Shown: piece after piece, positions 1-8,627 of the stretch
How the letters are laid out: each line of letters starts with the position of its first letter
How positions within the stretch are numbered: the first letter of the stretch is position 1
NCBI GenBank assembly: GCA_009773355.1
Contig: WRPG01000001.1
Coordinates: forward strand, 337,809-401,808
Direction of reading: 5' to 3'
Length of the DNA stretch: 64,000 nt
Origin: Limisphaerales bacterium
GTDB taxonomy: Bacteria; Verrucomicrobiota; Verrucomicrobiia; Limisphaerales; SXTU01
Translations under genes and position numbers: made by a program
Notes under the pieces: generated by a model
What the model was told of the DNA's origin: nothing
The model's database searches: none
What the model saw: only the letters and a program-made list of their open reading frames with translations

Positions 1-1032
1 GAGTGATGCGGCCTGTCCGGTCGCGCGCATGAGCACGCTGACGAGCGAGCCGAGCAGGTTCGTGCTGACGGCGAGGCGCGAGCCTTTCGGGATGTCGTTC
101 ACGCACGAGACCAGTTCCAAACCGCGCCCCGGCCCGACGATGCGCGCGAGCAGTTCGGCGAGGCTTTGCCCGCTGCCTTCAATGCCCGGCGGCACCACGC
201 CCGCCGCGATGACCGCCGCCTTGAGCAGGCCGAGATAGTCCTTCGCGAAGTCGAACACGTCGGAGAGCGCGGTGAGGTCCGCCGTTGCACCGAGGTCCAC
301 GGAAGTCAGGCGCAGCACCGGCTCGTCGAGCACGCGGAGCCACGCGCTCACGGGCGGGCGCGGCGCGGCGTCGCGGCCGTGAATGCCGAGGTCCACGGAG
401 ACGTTGAGGACCTTCGCACCCTCGGGAAAATCCATGCCGAGGAAGAAAATGTCGCTCCAGGCGGAGTGCGTGAGGTCCATGCGCACGGGCGTCTGCTCGC
501 GGAGAATCGGGTAGGTGCCGTCGGGCGAGCGCTGGAGCAACTCGGGGCGGAGGCGTAGCGGCTGGTCGGCGGGATGGCCGACGCGGAACATCCATTGATT
601 GCCGCGCACGCTGCGCACGCTCCGGCGCACCTGGTCCGCGAGTGTCTGGAAGGCGAGCCGGTGGTAGGCGTTCGCCAACGCGGAGCAAAGGCCATCGCTC
701 GGACCTTCCTGCTCCTGCGCGGCGAGGAAGGTGTCAATCGCCTCCTCGAATCGGCGATGGAGAAGCTGCTCGTAGCCGGGGAAGGGAATCAGCCCCGAAG
801 TTTCGGGTTTGGAGTTTGGAGTTTGAAGTTTCGCCGGCAGATGGAAGCGATGGATGGCGTAGAGGAAGAACAGGGCGCGGACGCGTTCGTAGAGGTTGTC
901 CGCGCGGCGGCGGAAGGCGTCGAGTTCCCCGCACTCGGCGAGTAACTGAGTGGCGTTCAGGTCGCGGCAATGCGCGTCGAGCGAGGCATTGCGCTGGGCG
1001 GCTTTGCGGGCGGTGACGAGATCAACGAGCAT
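1..1032 (-). CDS. conserved hypothetical protein (3-prime end cut by window edge)
   Basis: Minus-strand frame starts at ATG 1032-1030 (MLVDLVTARKAAQRN...) and stays open to position 1. It is absent from the ORF track because no stop lies inside the window. GC3-rich and co-directional, 36 bp downstream of the nucleotidyltransferase gene. No family recognised by eye. Confidence 0.7.
   Translation of the reverse strand, partial: MLVDLVTARKAAQRNASLDAHCRDLNATQLLAECGELDAFRRRADNLYERVRALFFLYAIHRFHLPAKLQTPNSKPETSGLIPFPGYEQLLHRRFEEAIDTFLAAQEQEGPSDGLCSALANAYHRLAFQTLADQVRRSVRSVRGNQWMFRVGHPADQPLRLRPELLQRSPDGTYPILREQTPVRMDLTHSAWSDIFFLGMDFPEGAKVLNVSVDLGIHGRDAAPRPPVSAWLRVLDEPVLRLTSVDLGATADLTALSDVFDFAKDYLGLLKAAVIAAGVVPPGIEGSGQSLAELLARIVGPGRGLELVSCVNDIPKGSRLAVSTNLLGSLVSVLMRATGQAASL
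801..835. repeat. five tandem heptamers (TTTCGGG TTTGGAG TTTGGAG TTTGAAG TTTCGCC) inside a CDS
   Basis: Read directly. Translated in frame on the minus strand as KLQTPNSKPETS. Flanked by the small hairpin CCCGAA-GT-TTCGGG. Confidence 0.8.
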
Positions 1033-1068
1033 GGGATAAATCGTAACGATCTGCTCCAGTGTTGCTGC

Positions 1069-1914
1069 TCACTTCACGCGCTGCGCCAGCAATTCCACCA
1101 GCCCCGTCAGCACTTCATCCCGATCCTTGCCACTCAGGGCGAGCGCGAGTTGCGCGGTGAGCAGGCCGTAGTGCGCGCCGATGTCGTAGCGTCGGCCGGT
1201 CAGCTCGGCGGCGAGGTAGCGCTCCTTGCGCGCGAGTTTGGCCAGTGTGGCGGAGAGGTGGACTCCGCCGCGCGCACCGGCGGCGGCGACTTCCTCCGCC
1301 AGCAGCGCCATCACCGACGGCGTGAGCACATGCATCCCGAAAAAGCAGAGGTAGTGGCCCGCGCGCAGGCCGGGGACGATGAGCCGCTGCTCGGCCTCGG
1401 TGGGCGTGGGTTTCTCGACGACCTCGGTGATTTCGTAGAGGCCCTTGCGCGCGGCGACGAGACGTCCGCCGACCGCGCCGTAGTAGGGCAGCTTGCTCTC
1501 GTGCGTGGCCTGCACGGCGGACACAGCGCAATCCTCCTTGGCCGCGACCTCGACAAGCTGCTGCGCGCACCGGCGCTCTTCGCCGCTGACGTAAAGGTGG
1601 TCGCCCACGAGCAGGAGGAACGGTTTCTTCCCCGCGAACTTCGCGGCGCAGGACACGGCGTGGCCGTAGCCGAGCGGCTGCTTCTGCTCGACGAACTCCA
1701 GCCGCTTCGCGTGCTCGCCGGCCGCCGCGCGGTAAGCCTTCTCATCGCCGGGGCAGACCACGACACACAACTCTTCGATGCCCGCCGCAAGCACCTCCTC
1801 GATGATGATGACGAGCGCGGTCTTGGTCTGGCCGTCGCGGTCCACTAGCGACTGGAGCGGGAGCGTGCGCTGGCTTTTGCCGGCGGCGGTGATGATGGCG
1901 CGTTGGATGTCCAT
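1069..1914 (-). CDS. sugar-phosphate nucleotidyltransferase, UTP-glucose-1-phosphate uridylyltransferase (GalU)-like
   Basis: ORF 1069..1968. I take internal ATG 1914 ([16 protein letters not shown]...) as the start. It has the N-terminal nucleotidyltransferase G-rich loop, LGYGHAV and VGDHLY motifs typical of the UGPase/GalU fold. Confidence 0.8.
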   Translation of the reverse strand: MDIQRAIITAAGKSQRTLPLQSLVDRDGQTKTALVIIIEEVLAAGIEELCVVVCPGDEKAYRAAAGEHAKRLEFVEQKQPLGYGHAVSCAAKFAGKKPFLLLVGDHLYVSGEERRCAQQLVEVAAKEDCAVSAVQATHESKLPYYGAVGGRLVAARKGLYEITEVVEKPTPTEAEQRLIVPGLRAGHYLCFFGMHVLTPSVMALLAEEVAAAGARGGVHLSATLAKLARKERYLAAELTGRRYDIGAHYGLLTAQLALALSGKDRDEVLTGLVELLAQRVK

Positions 1915-2006
1915 GCGACGGGGAGAGTAGTCAGGAAACAGTTTTCGGTAAGCAGATTTTCGCCGCACTCCTCACTGGATCGCAGTTGAAAACCCCGTCA
2001 CCTGCC

Positions 2007-2732
2007 TCATCGCTGTGCCCCCGGCCCGCGCGTCATCGGCACGAACCGCACGGGCAACACCGCCTGCTGCTTCAGTTCGCCGCCGCGCTTCTCCAACAGG
2101 TAAAGCTCCTGCAAGCCGCCTTCCGGACCGACCGGAATGATCATTCGCCCGCCTTCCTTGAGCTGCTCGACCAGCGGCTGCGGAATCCGGTCCGGCGCGC
2201 AGGTGACGATAATGGCATCGAAGGGCGCGTGCTCCGGCCAGCCTTGATAGCCGTCGCCGGCGCGCACGAGGACGTTCGTGTAGCCCAGCCGGTGCAAGCC
2301 CGCGGCCGCGCGCTTCGCCAGCGGCTCGACGATCTCGATGGTGAAGACTGCCTTCACGAGGCCGGAGAGCACCGCCGCCTGGTAGCCGGACCCGGTGCCG
2401 ACTTCGAGCACCTTGTCTGTCGGCTGCGGCTTCAGTTGCTCCGTCATGAACGCGACGATGAACGGCTGGGAAATGGTCTGCCCGTGGCCGATGGGCAGCG
2501 GGCGGTCGTCGTAGGCGCTGAAGCGGACGTCCTCCGGCACGAACTCATGGCGCGGCACGGTGCGCATGGCGGCGAGGACGCGCGCGTCCTTGATGCCGCG
2601 TCCGGGGCCGGTGAGCTGGTCGTGCAACATGCGTTGGCGGGCGGTGGTGAAGTCGCGGTCTTTCTCCGGCGCGCAGCCGGCGGCCAGCAGCAGACATCCG
2701 GTGAGCAAGGCTGGCAAGTGAAGGCGGCGCAT
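2007..2732 (-). CDS. pcm: protein-L-isoaspartate O-methyltransferase with lipoprotein-type signal peptide
   Basis: GHGQTISQPFIVAFM, VLEVGTGSGYQAAVL and DAIIVTCA motifs. Start taken at ATG 2732 (MRRLHLPALLTGCLLLAAGC). The ORF track extends to 2810. Confidence 0.9.
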   Translation of the reverse strand: MRRLHLPALLTGCLLLAAGCAPEKDRDFTTARQRMLHDQLTGPGRGIKDARVLAAMRTVPRHEFVPEDVRFSAYDDRPLPIGHGQTISQPFIVAFMTEQLKPQPTDKVLEVGTGSGYQAAVLSGLVKAVFTIEIVEPLAKRAAAGLHRLGYTNVLVRAGDGYQGWPEHAPFDAIIVTCAPDRIPQPLVEQLKEGGRMIIPVGPEGGLQELYLLEKRGGELKQQAVLPVRFVPMTRGPGAQR

Positions 2733-2754
2733 CGTCAGCCCCAGCATAGCGCCC

Positions 2755-2819
2755 GGAGCGCAGGTGTCCAACCTGCGTGAGGTGCGATGAAGAGTTCGCC
2801 GGTTGGACACCGGCGCTCC
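2755..2819. repeat. palindromic element, family A (GGAGCGC-N-GTGTCCAACC / GGTTGGACAC-N-GCGCTCC)
   Basis: Arms 2755-2777 and 2797-2819 are complementary with 2 mismatches. Lies between the pcm start and the manC stop. Confidence 0.85.
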
Positions 2820-2822
2820 GCC

Positions 2823-3962
2823 TCACACCAGCTTCTTCAACCGCGCGTCCTCGGACAGCTTCTTCACCAGTTCCTTGATCTTCTGCGACTGGCTCTTGTG
2901 CGCGACGAGCGTGGCGTCGTCGGTCTGGACGATGATGCTGTCGCGCAGGCCGACGACGCAGATGGGCGTGCGGCGGTCCTTGCTGCGGGCGTCGTAGATG
3001 ATGTTGCGCGCGGCGTCCACATGGAGGAAGTCGGCCACGGCGCAGTTGCCCTCGGCGTCGGGCTTCACATGGTGCGCGAGCGCGTTCCACGAACCGAGGT
3101 CGTCCCACGCGAAGGAGCCATCGGCCACGACTACGTTCTGCGCCTTCTCCATCAGCGCGTAGTCAATCGAGACCTTCTTGATGTCCGGGTATTCCTTCGC
3201 CAGCACCTTGGCGAGCTTGGCGGGCGACTTCGCGGCATCGAACCACCGGTGGCAGGCGGCGGCCATCTCCGGCTGGTGCGCTTCCAGGCCGTTCGTCACG
3301 GTGACGAAGCTCCAGATGAACATCCCGGCGTTCCAGCGATACTGGCCGGAGTTCACGTATTCGAGCGCGGTCTCGTAGTTCGGCTTCTCCACGAAGCGCT
3401 CGGCCTTGAACATCGCGGTCTTGTATTTCTTCGCGCCCGGCGGCGTGGGCAGCTCGTTGCCGGTGTGGATGTAGCCGTAGCCCGTGGCCGGCTCGGTGGG
3501 CTTGATGCCGATGGTCACGATGGCCTGCCCACGCGAAGCGAGGTCGAAGCAATCGCCCAGCACGGTCTGAAACTTCTTCTCCTCCGGGATGACATGGTCC
3601 GCCGGCAAGACGGCCATGACGCCGGTGGTCGAACGCGCGCCGACAATGGCCGCGCCCAGCGTGACGGCGGCACAGGTGTCGCGTCCGACCGGTTCGGCGA
3701 CGACGTTTTCCTTGGGCAGCTTGGGCAACTGCTTCCGCACCTCGGGAGCCTGCACCTCGTTGGTGATGACGAAGACGTTCTCGTGCGGCACCAGCGGCGT
3801 GACGCGCGCAACGGCCTGCTGGAGGAAGGAACTGTCGCCGAGGAGCTTGATGAGCTGCTTGGGCGTCTTCTCGCGGCTGACGGGCCAGAAGCGCTCGCCG
3901 CGCCCGCCGGCCATGATGATCACGAAACGGTCGTTGGAATTGGTGCTGGAGGATTTTTTCAT
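2823..3962 (-). CDS. manC: mannose-1-phosphate guanylyltransferase (no C-terminal cupin/PMI domain)
   Basis: N-terminus FVIIMAGGRGERFWPVSREKTPKQL and downstream ManC-type nucleotidyltransferase blocks. 379 aa, ATG start. Confidence 0.85.
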   Translation of the reverse strand: MKKSSSTNSNDRFVIIMAGGRGERFWPVSREKTPKQLIKLLGDSSFLQQAVARVTPLVPHENVFVITNEVQAPEVRKQLPKLPKENVVAEPVGRDTCAAVTLGAAIVGARSTTGVMAVLPADHVIPEEKKFQTVLGDCFDLASRGQAIVTIGIKPTEPATGYGYIHTGNELPTPPGAKKYKTAMFKAERFVEKPNYETALEYVNSGQYRWNAGMFIWSFVTVTNGLEAHQPEMAAACHRWFDAAKSPAKLAKVLAKEYPDIKKVSIDYALMEKAQNVVVADGSFAWDDLGSWNALAHHVKPDAEGNCAVADFLHVDAARNIIYDARSKDRRTPICVVGLRDSIIVQTDDATLVAHKSQSQKIKELVKKLSEDARLKKLV

Positions 3963-4011
3963 CGGTGCACGAGGACTCTAGCGAGCCGGGCCAAACCGTC
4001 AAATTCTGCCG

Positions 4012-4902
4012 TCATTGCACACTCAAGTGCCCGAGCGCCAGCAGGCCGTAGAAGGTGTATTCCGCGTCGAGATGGTCGTCGGCCCAGTGGCCGTGGAAGC
4101 CGCCCTCCGCCGACCAGAGCGTGTCCACGAAGTCGAGGCAGCGCTCGCGCTGCGCGGCGGTCAGGCGGCGGTCGAGGCTCGCGAGCGCGTGGAGCGCGGT
4201 GGCGGTGGAGAGCAGGTCGGGCATTGGCGCGCCGGGCACGGCGGTGAAGCCGCCCTGTGGGTGCAGCCGTGCGAGCAGCCAATCGCCGACGGCCGGATTC
4301 AGCGGCAGGTGCAGGTGGCGCAGCAGAGTCACTGCGCCAGCGGTGGGATTCGTCGAGCCGACCGGCAGTTCCGGCGAGTTGTTCCACGCGTGGTCGGGTG
4401 TTTCGAGGCGCTTGAGACTCTGCACGATGCGCAGCGGCTTGGGCGGCAGCTTGCCAAGGTCCTGATACGCTCCGAGCGCGAGGAAGGAGCCGTAGGCGGT
4501 GCCGTGCGATTTCTTCGCGTCGTTGTCATAACCGCCATCCGACCTGCGGAAGGTTTCGAGCCGCGCCAGCAGCGCTTTCGGCAAGCCCGCCGACATCCGC
4601 TTCTTCCCCAGCGAAGCCCAGCAGCGCGCGAGCGATGTGAGGTGAACCAAATCCAGCCCCTCGCCCTCGCCAAACGGCTTTAGCCACGCCTCCAGCTTCG
4701 CGTCGGGGAAAGCAACTTCCAGCGCCTCGCAGCCGTTGAGCGTGAAGACGGTGTAGTAGAGGTCCGGCCGGTCCGAGCGGTCACGGCCGCCGCCGGCCTC
4801 GGTCCACTGGCGGCGGTAGAAGTCGCGCACGAGGTCGGCGGAATCGCCGAGGAGCTTCGCGCCGAGGCGGGCGACTTGAATGAGTTCGAGACGGACGCTC
4901 AC
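4012..4902 (-). CDS. prenyltransferase/squalene-oxidase repeat (alpha-alpha toroid) protein
   Basis: Repeated GGF/GGY-x-aromatic motifs (GGFHGHWADD, GGFTAVPGAP, DGGYDND) typical of terpene cyclase/prenyltransferase beta-subunit repeats. GTG start 3 nt after the kdsB stop. Confidence 0.75.
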   Translation of the reverse strand: MSVRLELIQVARLGAKLLGDSADLVRDFYRRQWTEAGGGRDRSDRPDLYYTVFTLNGCEALEVAFPDAKLEAWLKPFGEGEGLDLVHLTSLARCWASLGKKRMSAGLPKALLARLETFRRSDGGYDNDAKKSHGTAYGSFLALGAYQDLGKLPPKPLRIVQSLKRLETPDHAWNNSPELPVGSTNPTAGAVTLLRHLHLPLNPAVGDWLLARLHPQGGFTAVPGAPMPDLLSTATALHALASLDRRLTAAQRERCLDFVDTLWSAEGGFHGHWADDHLDAEYTFYGLLALGHLSVQ

Positions 4903-4905
4903 GGC

Positions 4906-5655
4906 TTAAGCCTGCGGAGACCCGGCGAGCAGGCGCTCGACCCGCTCCACATCGGCGGGCACGTCCACGCCGACGCTGTCGTAGTCCACGCGCACGACGG
5001 CGATGGGGATGCCGTTCTCCAGCGCGCGGAGCTGCTCCAACCGCTCGGCCTGCTCCAGCGGCGACTGCGGGAACTTGACCAGCCGCAGCAGCGCGTCGCG
5101 CCGATAACCGTAGATGCCGAGGTGTTTGAGAATGGGAAACGCGGCGAGCTGGGCGGCCACGGGTTGTCCGGCGTAATCGCGGAGAAAAGGAATGGTCCGA
5201 CGTGAGAAGTAAAGCGCGCGGCCCGCGACGCTGGTCACGACCTTCACCACGTTCGGGTTGTCGTATTCCTCGGTGTTCTTGATGGGCGTGGCGGCGGTGG
5301 ACATCTCCGCGCCGACCAGCGCGGTGGCGACGACGTCTATCACCGCCGGGTCAATGAGCGGTTCGTCGCCCTGAATGTTCACCACCGCGTCGCACGGGCA
5401 GCGCGCGGCGACCTCGGCGATGCGGTCGGAGCCGCTGGGATGGTCCGCACGCGTCATCTCCACGCGGCAGAATTTCCGCGCGACCCCGGCAATGCGTTCG
5501 TCATCCGTCGCCACGATGACTTCGCGCAGCGACCGGGCGAGCTGGCAGCGCTCGATGACCCGCTGGATGAGCGACTTGCCGGCGATGGGATGCAGCGGCT
5601 TGCCGGGAAAGCGCGAGGACGCAAAGCGCGCCGGGATGATGCCGAGTATGTTCAC
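4906..5655 (-). CDS. kdsB: 3-deoxy-manno-octulosonate cytidylyltransferase
   Basis: IIPARFASSRFPGKPL, VIVATDDERI, HPSGSDRIAEV and NIQGDEPLIDP motifs. I prefer GTG 5655 (VNILGIIPAR), 13 nt after the upstream stop. The ORF track extends to 5757. Confidence 0.88.
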   Translation of the reverse strand: MNILGIIPARFASSRFPGKPLHPIAGKSLIQRVIERCQLARSLREVIVATDDERIAGVARKFCRVEMTRADHPSGSDRIAEVAARCPCDAVVNIQGDEPLIDPAVIDVVATALVGAEMSTAATPIKNTEEYDNPNVVKVVTSVAGRALYFSRRTIPFLRDYAGQPVAAQLAAFPILKHLGIYGYRRDALLRLVKFPQSPLEQAERLEQLRALENGIPIAVVRVDYDSVGVDVPADVERVERLLAGSPQA

Positions 5656-5668
5656 AGGCGGGCGGGAT

Positions 5669-6379
5669 TCAGCGTTTGGGCAAGGACACCTCGCCGGGCT
5701 TGAGCACGGGCGGCGCATTGGTGGCCGGCTGGGTTGGAGCCGGCTGGCCGACGCCAAAGAACGTCAGCCCGGCGCGCAGCACGATGGGCGTGAGCTTGGC
5801 GACCAGCTCCTTCGAGTCTTTCATGTCCTGCACGACCTCGTTGCGGACGCCGAGGTCGAACTCGCGCGGCGTGCCGGAGACGCGCAGGTCGGTCCAGGTG
5901 CCCTTGCCGAGCGTGAGGTTCAGCATGTCGAGGCCGGCAAACTCCATCGGCGTGTTGGTCTTGGTCACGCGCTGGCCGCGGCGGATTTCCTCCACCGCCT
6001 TGCGGACCCCATCGAGGTTCGACTGCCCGGCCTTGTCCACGATGATGTGCAACTCGGCCAGGTTGAAGCGCAGGACCGTGAGGTGCAGTTTCCGCTCCTT
6101 GGCGAGCGCGGGGTCGTATTCCACATGCAGTTCGGCGACGTTCACCAGCGGGCCGCCGCCGAACTCGGCGGGATTGTAGATGACGAGCCGCTCCGCGCGC
6201 GCGCGACCACTCCATGGCCGCAGCTCCAACTTGTCCAGATGCACTTCCAGCCCGGTCTGCTTGCGCAGCTTCCCCTCGGCGATGCCCGTGACGATGGCGT
6301 CGAAGCTCAGGGCGAGCACCGCCAGCAGCACCAGCAGGAGCAGGAACAGGCGGAACGCCCATTTGAGCAGGAACTTCAC
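5669..6379 (-). CDS. membrane-anchored hypothetical protein (single N-terminal TM helix; AsmA/DUF748-like suspicion only)
   Basis: VKFLLKWAFRLFLLLLVLLAVLAL hydrophobic anchor followed by a beta-rich soluble region. GTG 6379 overlaps the upstream stop as GTGA (translational coupling). Confidence 0.6.
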   Translation of the reverse strand: MKFLLKWAFRLFLLLLVLLAVLALSFDAIVTGIAEGKLRKQTGLEVHLDKLELRPWSGRARAERLVIYNPAEFGGGPLVNVAELHVEYDPALAKERKLHLTVLRFNLAELHIIVDKAGQSNLDGVRKAVEEIRRGQRVTKTNTPMEFAGLDMLNLTLGKGTWTDLRVSGTPREFDLGVRNEVVQDMKDSKELVAKLTPIVLRAGLTFFGVGQPAPTQPATNAPPVLKPGEVSLPKR

Positions 6380-6984
6380 AACGGAATGTCCTCGGGCCGC
6401 ACGTCCAGGCACTCGTCCTGATCCTCCCAGACCACGGCCGGGTAAAACTCCAGCAGCGCGGGCGCGAGCTTGTTGCCGGCGGCGGCGAGCAGGCGCTCGG
6501 CCTCGGTGGCGGCGTCCTCCAGCGCGCGGTCGTAGTTGCCGGAGCGCTTCTGCTGGCGGTCGTCCCAGTGCGCGACCTGGTGGATGGGCGCGTATTTCTC
6601 CGCCCAGTTGCGGAACATCTTCTGCAAGTCCACCGGGATGTCATCGAAGGCCACGGCGGTCCCATTGCAATGCTGGCAGATCAAGCCCTGCTCCGTCACA
6701 TCCCGCGTGATGAGCGGCAGCAGCGGCGCGCGGCAGCAGCCGGCCTCGGCGTAATCGCGCGGCGCGGTGGCCAGGCGCTTGTGCCAGACCTGCCGGTCGT
6801 TCGCGACCTGCGCCGCCAGCCGATACGCGCCGACGAGCGGGTGCGAGCTGCGCCAGACGCGGCCCTGCAACTGGCCGAGCGTCTGCGCCATCCAGCGCGC
6901 GAGGGTCAGGTCGTCGAAGTCCTCGAAGACCTCGCCGTATTCGCGCCAGAGCTTGTCCTGCGGCGCTTCCGAGTGGTCACTCAT
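6376..6984 (-). CDS. hypothetical protein with Cys cluster (GCC...CQHC)
   Basis: GC3-rich ORF within the operon-like array. Start at ATG 6984 (MSDHSEAPQDKLW) or 7020. No family recognised. Confidence 0.6.
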   Translation of the reverse strand: MSDHSEAPQDKLWREYGEVFEDFDDLTLARWMAQTLGQLQGRVWRSSHPLVGAYRLAAQVANDRQVWHKRLATAPRDYAEAGCCRAPLLPLITRDVTEQGLICQHCNGTAVAFDDIPVDLQKMFRNWAEKYAPIHQVAHWDDRQQKRSGNYDRALEDAATEAERLLAAAGNKLAPALLEFYPAVVWEDQDECLDVRPEDIPL

Positions 6985-7042
6985 TGGCGGGACTGTGCGG
7001 CGGGCGGTGACGGGTGACAAGTGGCAAGGGGCGGACTGGCGG

Positions 7043-7576
7043 CTACGGCAGGCGCTCCAGCGCCTCGTCCGTTCGCAGGCCTGTGAGCAATTCGGCCACG
7101 GTCCTCGTTTGCCCCGGCAGCACCAAGTCTGGTGCCAACTCGCTCAAGGGCTGGAGGACGAAGCGCCGCAGATGGGCGCGCGGGTGCGGGAGCGTGAGCG
7201 CCGGCGTGTTTCGCACTTCGCTGCCCCACGCGATGAGGTCGAGATCGAGCGGGCGGGCTTCGTTCAAGACTTGCTTCGGCTGGCGGCCAAATTCGCGCTC
7301 TAGCACTTGCAGTTCTACCAGCAGACTCTCCGGCGTGAAGTGAGGCAATGGAGTGAGCGCAACGACGGCGTTGATGAAGTCCGGCGAGCCGGGCGGGCAA
7401 TCCACGGGTGTGCTGCGCCAGAGTGAAGAGCAAAGCAGCGGAGCGCAGGAGAAGGCGGCGAGGCGTTGCATCGCCTCGCGGACGGTTACTTTCGCATCCC
7501 CCATATTTCCACCGAGGGCGATGAACGCGTGGGTAGCAGCCGACGTGAGGAGGCTCGCTTCAAACTTGGAATTCAA
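7043..7576 (-). CDS. folK: 2-amino-4-hydroxy-6-hydroxymethyldihydropteridine diphosphokinase
   Basis: AFIALGGNMGD, SSLWRSTPV, DLDLIAWG and LTLPHPRAHLRRFVL motifs. The only in-frame start upstream of the conserved IALG strand is TTG 7576, which lies in the loop of a palindromic element. Confidence 0.85.
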   Translation of the reverse strand: MNSKFEASLLTSAATHAFIALGGNMGDAKVTVREAMQRLAAFSCAPLLCSSLWRSTPVDCPPGSPDFINAVVALTPLPHFTPESLLVELQVLEREFGRQPKQVLNEARPLDLDLIAWGSEVRNTPALTLPHPRAHLRRFVLQPLSELAPDLVLPGQTRTVAELLTGLRTDEALERLP

Positions 7577-7603
7577 TCAGAGCCTCCTTACGTCGGCTGC
7601 TAC
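7533..7603. repeat. palindromic element, family B (GTAGCAGCCGACGTRAGGAGGCTC arms)
   Basis: 24-nt arms 7533-7556 and 7580-7603 with 1 mismatch and a 23-nt loop. The loop holds the folK TTG start. Confidence 0.9.
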
Positions 7604-7607
7604 CGGT

Positions 7608-8342
7608 TCACTTCAGGCCCAGCACATCCTGCATGTCGTAGAGGCCGGGCGGCTGCTTCACCACCCATTGCGCGGCGCGGAGGGCTCCGTTGGCGAAGGT
7701 CTCACGGCTGCTGGCCTTGTGCGTGAGTGCCACCCGCTCGCCGTTCGCGGCGAAGATGACGGTGTGGTCGCCCACCACGTCCCCTCCGCGCAGGGCGTGG
7801 ATGCCGATCTCCGAACTGGTGCGCTCGCCGGTGATGCCTTTGCGTCCGTGGCGGAGGGCATCCGCGAGTTGGACCTTCCGAACGTCGCCGAGGATTTCGA
7901 GCAACGTCGTGGCCGTGCCGCTGGGCGCGTCCCTCTTCATGCGGTGGTGCATCTCGACGACTTCGAGGTCGAAGCTGGGGCCGAGGATTTCCGCCGCCTT
8001 GCGCGTGAGCCAGAAGAGCGTGTTGACGCCGGTGGAGTAGTTCGAGGCCCAGACCATCGGAATCTTCGCGGCGCAGGCGCGCAGTTCGGCCTTCTCCCTT
8101 TCCGCGTGGCCGGTGGTGCCGACGATGAGCGCCTTGCCGTGCTGCACGCAGAGGTGCGCGAACGGCAGCGTGGCCTCGTGAAAGCTGAAATCAATCACGG
8201 CATCGGCCTTGTCCAGCAGCGGGCCGAGATGCTCGCCGAGGTCAATCTGGCCGACGACCTGGATGCCGGGGATTTGCGCGGCGCAGGCGATGAGCGTCTG
8301 GCCCATGCGGCCCTTTGCACCGGTGATGATGACTTTGGTCAT
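7608..8342 (-). CDS. dapB: 4-hydroxy-tetrahydrodipicolinate reductase
   Basis: MTKVIITGAKGRMGQ Rossmann N-terminus, EMHHRMKRDAPSGTA and GERVALTHKASSRETFA blocks. Confidence 0.95.
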   Translation of the reverse strand: MTKVIITGAKGRMGQTLIACAAQIPGIQVVGQIDLGEHLGPLLDKADAVIDFSFHEATLPFAHLCVQHGKALIVGTTGHAEREKAELRACAAKIPMVWASNYSTGVNTLFWLTRKAAEILGPSFDLEVVEMHHRMKRDAPSGTATTLLEILGDVRKVQLADALRHGRKGITGERTSSEIGIHALRGGDVVGDHTVIFAANGERVALTHKASSRETFANGALRAAQWVVKQPPGLYDMQDVLGLK

Positions 8343-8360
8343 GTGATTTGCGGACAGTGT

Positions 8361-8627
8361 TTATGGACGGTTCTTGCGCAGAAACTCGCGGCAGAGGTGG
8401 CAGACATGCCGGCGGAAAACCGGCAAACTGACCGGCGAGTGCTCCGGCAACGCGGGCTTCACACGGGATTCAAACAGATTCTCAATCTGGTCATTGAACT
8501 GTGATTCCGCCTCGTCGGCCTCGCGTGACAACGGGTCGAGGGCAAACTCAAACCGGTCAAACAGCTCGGCCAGCGCGGCTATCTCATCTCGGGCAACAAC
8601 CCCCTCGGCAAGGCTATCGTCAGGCAT
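8361..8627 (-). CDS. hypothetical small protein (88 aa)
   Basis: ATG 8627 is preceded by GGAGG at 8-9 nt spacing. It overlaps the upstream ORF by 49 nt. Local GC is about 60%, below the window average. Confidence 0.45.
   Translation of the reverse strand: MPDDSLAEGVVARDEIAALAELFDRFEFALDPLSREADEAESQFNDQIENLFESRVKPALPEHSPVSLPVFRRHVCHLCREFLRKNRP

Noticed and set aside
8579-8627. Frameshifted single gene instead of two overlapping small genes
   Set aside because: A GGAGG motif at proper spacing before ATG 8627 supports an independent start. No homopolymer long enough to suggest a sequencing frameshift is present. This cannot be excluded without homologues.
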